From: Promethearchaeota archaeon
Lineage (GTDB): Archaea; Asgardarchaeota; Lokiarchaeia; Sigyniarchaeales; SOKP01
DNA: 19,780 nucleotides
Direction: 5' to 3'
NCBI GenBank assembly: GCA_048938025.1
Contig: JBHLMP010000007.1
Location: 1-19,780 of the forward strand
Part shown: in pieces, positions 1-7,383 of the stretch
Layout of the letters: each line of letters opens with the position of its first letter
Position numbering within the stretch: position 1 is the first letter of the stretch
Program-made: the position numbers and the translations under genes
The notes under the pieces: model-generated
Told to the model about the DNA's origin: nothing
Databases searched by the model: none
The model's input: the letters and a program-made list of their open reading frames with translations, nothing else

Positions 1-78
1 AGAATATCTATTGAATATTGGGTGGGGAATATTACTTCTTGGTTCTTATTGAAAAAAAGAAAACTTGAAAAAAAATAA
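1..78 (+). CDS. Possible 3' end of an upstream gene (partial, frame uncertain)
   Basis: Frame 1 is open from the window edge to TAA at 76-78 (RISIEYWVGNITSWFLLKKRKLEKK*). Frame 2 is also open to TGA at 50-52. Too short to identify. Confidence 0.3.
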   Translation, partial: RISIEYWVGNITSWFLLKKRKLEKK

Positions 79-158
79 TAATTTCTATAAAATTAATTTA
101 TTGTAAGAATTTTTTTAACTATATTATTATAATACTAAAAAATTTCTCCTGAAACAGC

Positions 159-232
159 GGGAGGGTAGTCTAGCTTGGTATGATTCTTGGTTTGGGACCA
201 AGGGGTCGGGGGTTCGAATCCCCCCTCTCCCA
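159..232 (+). tRNA. tRNA-Pro (anticodon TGG), no intron, CCA not encoded
   Basis: Acceptor stem GGGAGGG(159-165)/CTCTCCC(225-231), discriminator A232. D arm contains AGCTTGGT. Anticodon stem CTTGG/CCAAG with loop TTTGGGA (TGG at 193-195). T arm is GGGGG-TTCGAAT-CCCCC. It is a GC-rich island in AT-rich DNA. Confidence 0.96.
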
Positions 233-332
233 ATTCTTACATTTTAATATTTAATCAATTCTCTTTAAAAATATAATATAAAATAAAAGCGATTATTTGT
301 TTAATACGAATTTTAATTAAGTAGATAAGATT

Positions 333-635
333 TTATGATATTTCATCTTTCATTTCTAGTGGTTCTTGAATTTCTATTGATTCTTCTGTATTGAAATAAC
401 TTTCAGCGATTAACTCATGAACAGATGAGATTAGAGACAACATTATAGCAGGATTATTAGATGTAATTCTATAGTAGTCATAGATCCTACTTTTTATGGA
501 ATAATTTACTTGATCTTTGAAAAATCTTAAGATTTCTTCAATATCCTTATCAAAATCTTTATGTTTTTGTATCCAAGCGATAATAACTTTCTTATTATGC
601 TTTTTATCGGTTTTTACTTTAACTTTTACAATCAT
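333..635 (-). CDS. Hypothetical protein (100 aa, basic N-terminus, acidic C-terminus)
   Basis: ATG-started ORF of 100 codons in AT-rich DNA with a GGT motif just upstream. No recognisable family motif. Confidence 0.7.
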   Translation of the reverse strand: MIVKVKVKTDKKHNKKVIIAWIQKHKDFDKDIEEILRFFKDQVNYSIKSRIYDYYRITSNNPAIMLSLISSVHELIAESYFNTEESIEIQEPLEMKDEIS

Positions 636-988
636 TTTACCATTTACTTAGAATTTTTTGATTTAAATATGCTAAGGTCAACATTATTATATCTTAATAT
701 ATTTAAAGAAAAAGGATTTTAAATAAAAAAAAGAATTTTGAAAAATATTAAGTTTTTTTGATCTTTAATTAACAATTAGTTTATTCAATGCTATAAACAG
801 CCATCCATAATTACTGAAAATTTAGTATTAATATCTAGAATCAGTTACTTCGAAAAAATTTTTTGTAGAATAAAGAAAAAAAGGAGGAGTTGGATGTACA
901 ATACCTTTAAATATTAATTTTACTAAATTGTATATTGATATAATTTTTTACAAAATCGGAAAAGTCCAAAAATTAAAGGTGGAAAAAG

Positions 989-1471
989 ATTTCTGAAAAA
1001 GAAAGTGATACAGAGAAAAACCTCTCTGAAGATTTTAAAATTACTGATGAGAAAATAAAGAGAAATTATTATATATCTCTTATAATGGTTATCATTATGC
1101 CAATAGTTGCTGTTCTCTTCCTTAGTCCTTTATCTTCCGCTATCTTTGGATCTCTTAGTCTTTTTATACTTCCTATAGGAAGTATAATCATAATTGGAAT
1201 TTATAGATCATATCTAAAAAAGATGAGCGGAGAAACAAATAGAAATAAAGGGATAGTAGGAATAGTAAATGGGATAATTATTCTCAGTATAGGATTATCG
1301 TGGATTTACTTTTTTTTAATGATAATGATAGATACTTCTTGGCGGGGAACTGCTTGGGGTGTTGAATATGGTATTCTAATTTTAGGAATTATTTTTATTT
1401 TAATTGGATTAGTTATAACTCCTTACGGTATAATTGGTATTTATAAATCAATTCATGAAAGGAGAACTTAA
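989..1471 (+). CDS. Hypothetical multi-pass membrane protein (about 4 TM helices), probably starting at ATT 989 rather than ATG 1085
   Basis: Four long Ile/Gly/Leu-rich hydrophobic stretches. The frame is open back to TAA at 974-976. AGGTGG (977-982) lies 6 nt before ATT-TCT-GAA-AAA. The ATG at 1085 falls inside the first hydrophobic segment. Confidence 0.7.
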   Translation: MSEKESDTEKNLSEDFKITDEKIKRNYYISLIMVIIMPIVAVLFLSPLSSAIFGSLSLFILPIGSIIIIGIYRSYLKKMSGETNRNKGIVGIVNGIIILSIGLSWIYFFLMIMIDTSWRGTAWGVEYGILILGIIFILIGLVITPYGIIGIYKSIHERRT

Positions 1472-1719
1472 TCAAGCTAAGCTCATGATTCTTGCGAAAA
1501 ATTAATAGTCACAAAAGGACCATACTTGCAAGAGTTTCGGATATATTGGTTCTCTTTACTACTCCATTGCTAAATTCCTTCATATTTAATTTTACTCCAC
1601 AAGCTCCTTCTATCAATTTTGAAAAAAATATTTGAAAACAAGTTGTATTACATTTTTCTTAATCGGATTAGTGATAATTTAGTACAAAAAAGAGGTATCT
1701 ACTGATTCTAGCCTTAATT

Positions 1720-2784
1720 TTATTTATTTAAAGATTTCTTCAGTTCTTTTATTATCAGATCAGTTTTTTTATCTTTTATCCAATATCTTATTTTCGAGGA
1801 TTGTAGGAATTTTTGGACTTTTTCATTTAGTTCATTTAATTTTTTTCGATCTTCATCAGAAAGCTGAGGGATTTCTTCTTCTATTTTTTCTTTTACTTTT
1901 TTAACCTCTTCTTCAATAATAGGAATTTCTATTTGTTCTTTTCCATGAATAAGTCGTTTTCTTAAGATTTCTTTAATACCTTTTATCCACCCTTGGATCC
2001 ATGGAAAATTACCTTGTTTCTTTGGATCAATTATATCAATGTTTTTTCTAGCAACAATTATTAAATCATCAGGACAAGAATTTTCACATGCTCCGCAATA
2101 AAAGCATTCATCCTCATTACAAGCAATTTTTCCATATTTTTTTACATCTGCGGCACTTTCTGGGATAAAGAAAGATTCAGTAGGACATATATTCACACAT
2201 GCTTTACATCCCTGTGGATCACATTTATAAAGCATATTTTTTTTAATAATTACTTCTCCTTTAATAGGAGAATCAATATGAAAACATTGAGTTGGACATT
2301 CTTTTTCAATTCTATAGTAATCCTGAATGTTATTTCTAGTTCTAACATTTAAACATAGAATACATATCTCGTTTTTTTTATCCTCTATACATTTCTTTTT
2401 GTCAATATTAAAAAAATTTCCAATTGAAGGATATTCATCCATATCTATTTGCCCTTCAGGTTCAATAGATTCATGAAAAGCGTCATTTGGACATACTATT
2501 GCACATAACATACAATAACAACATTTATCATAATCTATTAAAATTTTAGGATTACTCTCATCTAAAATATTTTGGGCAATTTCAGGAATAGGTCCAAGTT
2601 CAATTGCATCAACAGGGCATACTAATTTGCATAAACTGCATCCAATACATTTTTTTATATCATATATAAGTTTTTTATTAACTTCTTTAAATTTCCAATT
2701 AAGAATGAGTTGTTCTGGAGTGATCTCGATATTTTTATTTATTTGTTCCTCTTGAGTTTCTTCTTCGGGAGACGTTTTTGAAAT
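1720..2784 (-). CDS. Polyferredoxin, FwdF-like 4Fe-4S protein (354 aa with the N-terminal extension)
   Basis: Motifs CIGCSLCKLVCP and CCYCMLCAIVCP (wholly or partly upstream of the track's ATG 2511), CDPQGCKACVNICP, CFYCGACENSCP and one degenerate central Cys cluster. The layout resembles formylmethanofuran dehydrogenase subunit F. The frame is open to TGA at 2791-2793. Confidence 0.85.
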   Translation of the reverse strand: MSKTSPEEETQEEQINKNIEITPEQLILNWKFKEVNKKLIYDIKKCIGCSLCKLVCPVDAIELGPIPEIAQNILDESNPKILIDYDKCCYCMLCAIVCPNDAFHESIEPEGQIDMDEYPSIGNFFNIDKKKCIEDKKNEICILCLNVRTRNNIQDYYRIEKECPTQCFHIDSPIKGEVIIKKNMLYKCDPQGCKACVNICPTESFFIPESAADVKKYGKIACNEDECFYCGACENSCPDDLIIVARKNIDIIDPKKQGNFPWIQGWIKGIKEILRKRLIHGKEQIEIPIIEEEVKKVKEKIEEEIPQLSDEDRKKLNELNEKVQKFLQSSKIRYWIKDKKTDLIIKELKKSLNK

Positions 2785-2881
2785 TTTTATTCAACCATTC
2801 ATTCCATTTTTCGAATCTATTTAACCTAAATAGTGCTTTATAATTAATTTTAATGTGCTAAATATTTAAAAAGAAGTTTTA

Positions 2882-3382
2882 TTAAGAGTAATAAGAGTAG
2901 CTTTCTTTATCAAAACCATAAATATATTCAATAGAAATTCCATCAGGTTGAAGATCTAAAGGAGCATAAATTAACGGCAAGTTCGGAAAGTAGGTTCCGA
3001 TTCCTTTCTTTGCTAATATTATAGCAGGATGATCTACATCATTATAAATTTCTTCGCTAATTATTAATGTTATCGCTCTACATTGTTGTTCATCTAAGAT
3101 TCCTAAAGAGTGGACATATTCATGTAAAAGGATATGATATGTATAAGCCCAGACTATATCGTTAGGTTGTTCTTCTAAAATGATCTTTAAAGGAGTTTTA
3201 TTTATGAGTATTTCTGTACCAGGGTAAAAGTGCATCCCACCTATAAAACCTCCACGAAATATACCCATCTCAACTAATCCTAAACTTAATCCTGCTCGAT
3301 GGCGTCCATATATTTTTCTAACATCTTTTTTTACTTTTTCAAAAATTTCTGGCATTATTTTTTTAAAATCATGAAGATTCAT
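2882..3382 (-). CDS. Small zincin-like putative metallopeptidase (HExxH)
   Basis: LLHEYVHSLGILDE gives HExxHxxGxxxE. A GAGGT ribosome-binding motif precedes the ATG. Confidence 0.75.
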   Translation of the reverse strand: MNLHDFKKIMPEIFEKVKKDVRKIYGRHRAGLSLGLVEMGIFRGGFIGGMHFYPGTEILINKTPLKIILEEQPNDIVWAYTYHILLHEYVHSLGILDEQQCRAITLIISEEIYNDVDHPAIILAKKGIGTYFPNLPLIYAPLDLQPDGISIEYIYGFDKESYSYYS

Positions 3383-3438
3383 ATAATAACCTCAAATAGT
3401 TATTTTAATAAACAAAATTAATGAAAAGTAAGACAATC

Positions 3439-4215
3439 TTATATATCAAAAAACCAATCATCTTCATCTTCTTTTAAAAAATCCATCAGATTAGACAAAT
3501 CTCTTAATAAATGTCTAACAGAAACTTTATTTTGATCCCTACTAATAAGATCCATGTCGGAAAAAAACATATCATCTAATAAGCTATCGATATTGATTCT
3601 CTTGAAATACTTTATTGGATTATAAAATAGTGTATAAAAAATTTCTTTTTCCAAAATAGAGCGTCCCTTCCTAAGTTGGCCTTCATATTGTTGTCCTATT
3701 AAATTTTTAAGCTCTACTATAAGACATTCTTTGTTTTGCAGTAAATCACTTCTTTCCTCTTCTAATTCTATAATGTTTTGTTCAATTTCTTTAATTTTTT
3801 CTCCTAAAAATCTTAATTTTTTGTTAGGGTTTTTAATTTTCTTGTAATCAACATTATATCCAATATCTTTTAGCTTAACAATTTCACTGTTTTCATCTAT
3901 TGTAGCAACATTATACTCAATATTATAATAATCCGGAGTTAAATCAATTCTTAAAGAGAGATTGCTCATTATCCGATATTTCCCACCTCTTGGTTTGGGA
4001 TCTATATTTTCAATTATACCATTATCAGATAAAATTTTCAATTGAGAATGAACTGCTTGACGAGAAATACCTAATGATCTCGCTAATTCTGAAGCACCAT
4101 GTGGTACTTTAGCTAGTTTTGCTAAAATAACTCTTCTTGTAGGATTACCTAATATTTCTAGTAAGGTATCTAAATTAATAATTTTATTTATGTTTTCTTG
4201 ATTTTCTATTACCAT
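3439..4215 (-). CDS. ArsR-family winged-HTH regulator, Phr/HSR1 heat-shock-regulator-like, with coiled coil
   Basis: ILGNPTRRVILAKL...ASELARSLGISRQAVHSQLKILSDNGII HTH signature, followed by the heptad-rich segment LGEKIKEIEQNIIELEEERSDLLQNK. It lies directly downstream of hsp20-cdc48, the same three-gene association as the Archaeoglobus HSR1 locus. Confidence 0.85.
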   Translation of the reverse strand: MVIENQENINKIINLDTLLEILGNPTRRVILAKLAKVPHGASELARSLGISRQAVHSQLKILSDNGIIENIDPKPRGGKYRIMSNLSLRIDLTPDYYNIEYNVATIDENSEIVKLKDIGYNVDYKKIKNPNKKLRFLGEKIKEIEQNIIELEEERSDLLQNKECLIVELKNLIGQQYEGQLRKGRSILEKEIFYTLFYNPIKYFKRINIDSLLDDMFFSDMDLISRDQNKVSVRHLLRDLSNLMDFLKEDEDDWFFDI

Positions 4216-4265
4216 ATTTAATCTCTCTTTTTTCGTAAATAACTTAGAAATTGATTATATTTTTA

Positions 4266-6491
4266 TTATCTATATAATTCCTCTGAAGGTTCATTTGAAT
4301 ATCTTTCATGAGATTTCTTTGCTTTATCTGCTGATTTTAATACTTTTTCAAATGCTTCATTAAATTCAGATTTAGAAATTTTCACTTCTTTTACAGATTC
4401 TGCGTCTCGAGTATTGATATTTTTATTAACAACTGCCTTTCGAATAGTTAGTAGAGTAGCTTCTTCACAAATTGCTTGAATATCTGCTCCTGTATAGCCT
4501 TCCATATCTCCCGCCATTTTATCAATATCCACATTAGCTGCCAATGGCTTGTTTCTAAGATGGATTTTAAAAATATCACTTCGTGATGTTTTATCTGGCA
4601 TAGGTATCTCAATATGCCTGCCAAATCTACCTGACCTTAATAAAGCTGGATCAAGCATGTCTGGTCTATTAGTAGCAGCAAGTAAAACAACATCTTTTAA
4701 CCCTTCTAATCCATCCATCTCTGTTAATAACTGTGATACAACTTGCTCTGTGACTTGAGAACTTGCAAATCTACCTCTCAAACCAGCTATAGCATCTATC
4801 TCATCAAAGAAAATTATACAAGGTGCTGCTGATCTTGCTTTTCGAAATGTTTCTCTCACTGCTTTTTCACTTTCACCAACCCATTTCGATAAAAATTCTG
4901 GACCTTTTACTGATATAAAATTTACTTCGCTTTCATGAGCTAATGCTTTGGCTAATAATGTTTTTCCTGTTCCGGGAGGTCCAAAAAGTAAAATCCCATT
5001 TGGAGGTTTTGATTTTAAATGTGAGTACAATTCAGGATATTTTAATGGCCACTCGATTACTTCTCTTAATTGGAGCTTAGCGTCCTCTAGCCCCCCAATA
5101 TCGTCCCAGGATTCAGTTGGTTGGCTAATTAATACTTCTCTTAAAGCAGATGGTTCGATACCTGTTAATGCTGTTTCGAAATGATTCATTTTAATTTGAA
5201 GATCCCTTAACATTTCAGGAGGAATTGGCTTATCTAGATTTATTTTAGGCAAAATTTCTCTTATGGCTAACATTGCAGATTCTTTTGCTAATGCCTCTAC
5301 ATCAGCACCAACAAACCCATGAGTCTTTTCAGCGATTAGCCGAAGATCAACATCTTCATATAAGGGCATTCCACGTGTATGGATTAATAAAATTTCATAA
5401 CGCCCATCAGTATCAGGAACTCCAATCACAATTTCACGGTCAAATCTACCAGGTCTTCTCAAAGCAGGGTCGATATCATTTACTCTATTTGTTGCGCCAA
5501 TTACAATAGTTTCACCACGCCCTTCTAAACCATCTAATAGTGATAATAATTGCGCAACAACCCTTCTTTCAACTTCACCAGTAACTTCACCTCTCTTAGG
5601 GGCTATTGAATCTAATTCATCAATAAAAATGATTGATGGTGAATTTTCTTTAGCCTCTTCAAAAACTTTACGAAGATTTTCTTCACTTTGACCGTAAAAT
5701 TTGCTCATAATTTCTGGCCCACTTATTGTTATAAAATGAGCTTCAGTTTCTCCCGCAACTGCTCTCGCTAATAATGTTTTTCCTGTTCCGGGAGGTCCAT
5801 GAAGTAAAACCCCTTTAGGTGGATCAATACCAATTCTTTTGAATAGTTCAGGATGTCTAATTGGTAATTCAATCATCTCACGGATTTTCTGAATTTCTTC
5901 TTCTAAACCTCCAATATCTTCATATGTGACTTTTCTTCTTTCTAATTCCTCAAATTCTTTATGTGTCTTTTCTGAAATAGTAATTTTAGTGTCTAAATAG
6001 ATCCTAACAGCCTCAGCTTTAGGATGGTAATCAATAACAACAAAATCAATTCTACGACCCATAGCATTAAAACTTAAAATATCTCCCTTAGTAACTACTC
6101 GGTTCTCTAGTATTTGTGTTATTTGTTGAGGGGTCCTCAATATAATGGACTCTTCTAAACCTGCAAATGTTATTCTTTCTGCGAGACTAGCTTCTATTTT
6201 ACGTATTTCTACTATGTCATCTAAAGAGGCATTTAAATTTCTTCGTAACGAAGAATCAATTCTGATGGAATTAGTACCTTTATCTTCCTCTTTTCCGGGA
6301 TACAACAACGCAGCTGTTTTCCTTTCTGCCACCGGATGTGAAATTTCGATTACATCACCAGTTCTGAGGTTTAATTCCTTAATTAAGTCTGGATCGATTC
6401 TGATTCTACCTCTTCCTGCATCTATCTTATAAGCGTCCTTTATTTTAACTTTTCTCCAATTCCCTTTAAATTCCCTTGTTATTCCACTCAT
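4266..6491 (-). CDS. cdc48: CDC48/VCP/p97-family AAA+ ATPase (VAT)
   Basis: N-domain ([10 protein letters not shown]) plus two AAA modules with Walker A GPPGTGKT twice, Walker B IIFIDE/IIFFDE, and SRH motifs [20 protein letters not shown]. The C-terminus is an HbYX-type tripeptide, LYR. Confidence 0.97.
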   Translation of the reverse strand: MSGITREFKGNWRKVKIKDAYKIDAGRGRIRIDPDLIKELNLRTGDVIEISHPVAERKTAALLYPGKEEDKGTNSIRIDSSLRRNLNASLDDIVEIRKIEASLAERITFAGLEESIILRTPQQITQILENRVVTKGDILSFNAMGRRIDFVVIDYHPKAEAVRIYLDTKITISEKTHKEFEELERRKVTYEDIGGLEEEIQKIREMIELPIRHPELFKRIGIDPPKGVLLHGPPGTGKTLLARAVAGETEAHFITISGPEIMSKFYGQSEENLRKVFEEAKENSPSIIFIDELDSIAPKRGEVTGEVERRVVAQLLSLLDGLEGRGETIVIGATNRVNDIDPALRRPGRFDREIVIGVPDTDGRYEILLIHTRGMPLYEDVDLRLIAEKTHGFVGADVEALAKESAMLAIREILPKINLDKPIPPEMLRDLQIKMNHFETALTGIEPSALREVLISQPTESWDDIGGLEDAKLQLREVIEWPLKYPELYSHLKSKPPNGILLFGPPGTGKTLLAKALAHESEVNFISVKGPEFLSKWVGESEKAVRETFRKARSAAPCIIFFDEIDAIAGLRGRFASSQVTEQVVSQLLTEMDGLEGLKDVVLLAATNRPDMLDPALLRSGRFGRHIEIPMPDKTSRSDIFKIHLRNKPLAANVDIDKMAGDMEGYTGADIQAICEEATLLTIRKAVVNKNINTRDAESVKEVKISKSEFNEAFEKVLKSADKAKKSHERYSNEPSEELYR
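4951..4983. repeat. 33-nt exact direct repeat, copy 1 (Cdc48 D2 Walker A)
   Basis: gctaataatgtttttcctgttccgggaggtcca, identical to 5767-5799. Confidence 0.9.
5767..5799. repeat. 33-nt exact direct repeat, copy 2 (Cdc48 D1 Walker A)
   Basis: gctaataatgtttttcctgttccgggaggtcca, identical to 4951-4983. Confidence 0.9.
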
Positions 6492-6569
6492 CTTTTATCA
6501 TCATCATATATTCGTGATAAATCCTATTTCTAAAATATTTATTAAAATGATTATTTTATAATTACTAAT

Positions 6570-7181
6570 TTATTTACTTAGTTTCTTCACTTTTATATAT
6601 GCAATTCCATTATTTACATCTAACTCATAGTTTACCTTTAATGACTTAGAAGGAAGATTAATCTTTTTAAAATATTTCCGATTTTTATTTTGAGCGGTAA
6701 GCAATAATATTTTACCATCAGCACTAAAATCTATCTTAACATCTCCTTTTTCAATCCCTGGAACTTCAATTAGAATCTCAATATATTCTTTATCTTCATT
6801 AATCTCAGTATATGGTTCTAAAACATATATTTCTTCATCTTGCTTTAATGTCTCTAATGTAAGTTCACTCGCATCAATCTCTTTTTTAGAGTGTGAATCA
6901 AATAGTTTCTTTAACTTTGGATATTTATTCATATCCACATTTTTTAAGAAGTCCTTAATTTTTTCATCATCAATATTACCTTCAATTTTTATCTCAGGTT
7001 TATCCATACCTGTTTCAAAATGATATGATATCTTAAATCCGTACAATTTTTTATCATAAGGCTTTAATCCTAAATCAATATCTTCTTCTGGAATAAATAA
7101 AACATCTATATCAAAAATATCTGAATCTACCTTAAAAAGCTTCTTAATCTCATCAATAATATCATCAAAATCATCCTGCAC
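6570..7181 (-). CDS. hsp20: Archaeal small heat shock protein (Hsp20/alpha-crystallin)
   Basis: YGFKI...KPEIKIEGN N-terminal region and the alpha-crystallin domain EPYTEI...IEVPGIEKGDVKI...YFKKINLP...NNGIAYIKVKK. The start is moved to GTG at 7181 because the track's GTG (7190) is part of the AGGTGA ribosome-binding motif 5 nt upstream. Confidence 0.9.
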   Translation of the reverse strand: MQDDFDDIIDEIKKLFKVDSDIFDIDVLFIPEEDIDLGLKPYDKKLYGFKISYHFETGMDKPEIKIEGNIDDEKIKDFLKNVDMNKYPKLKKLFDSHSKKEIDASELTLETLKQDEEIYVLEPYTEINEDKEYIEILIEVPGIEKGDVKIDFSADGKILLLTAQNKNRKYFKKINLPSKSLKVNYELDVNNGIAYIKVKKLSK

Positions 7182-7217
7182 AGTTTTCACCTTTGATTTT
7201 TATGATTTTAATTTTTT

Positions 7218-7257
7218 TGTCATTCCTCAATTGACATATGAACCTTTACATATAAAA
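7218..7257 (-). promoter_or_regulatory. Putative hsp20-cdc48 promoter: TATA box plus inverted-repeat operator
   Basis: The minus strand reads TTTTTATATG (TATA-like, about 7258-7249). TGTCA-N9-TGACA (7218-7236) follows at the expected transcription-start distance. Confidence 0.55.
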
Positions 7258-7383
7258 ATCTATTGGTTTTAGAAAAAAAGTGTTCTACTAGTCTTTTTTA
7301 AAAATATAATAGATATAAAATATAATTGAAATTTTTACAAAAATGTTTTTATATATAAGATTGATCTTTAATTACGAAAAATA

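Noticed and set aside
883-917. GGAGGAG followed by a 7-codon ORF (ATG 894, MYNTFKY*)
   Set aside because: It is too short to support and overlaps the likely TATA region of the next gene. It could be chance.
1507-1660. Short Cys-containing minus-strand frame (KCNTTCFQIFFSKLIEGACGVKLNM...) between convergent genes
   Set aside because: It is about 50 codons, has no convincing start ahead of the Cys residues and no clear family motif. It may be a remnant but cannot be supported.
2785-2800. Selenocysteine readthrough of TGA 2791-2793 as an alternative to the ATT start
   Set aside because: The TGA is in a non-catalytic position within the SD-like motif, the sequence beyond it is short intergenic DNA, and no SECIS-like hairpin was recognised.
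159-2820. tRNA-Pro as an integration site for a genomic island
   Set aside because: No integrase was seen and the tRNA 3' end is not duplicated. The only match noticed is an 8-nt TTCGAATC near 2810, which is expected by chance.
4549-6432. Four plus-strand ORFs (4549-4758, 4948-5184, 5273-5509, 6145-6432)
   Set aside because: They are antisense shadows wholly inside the highly conserved cdc48 gene and have no motifs.
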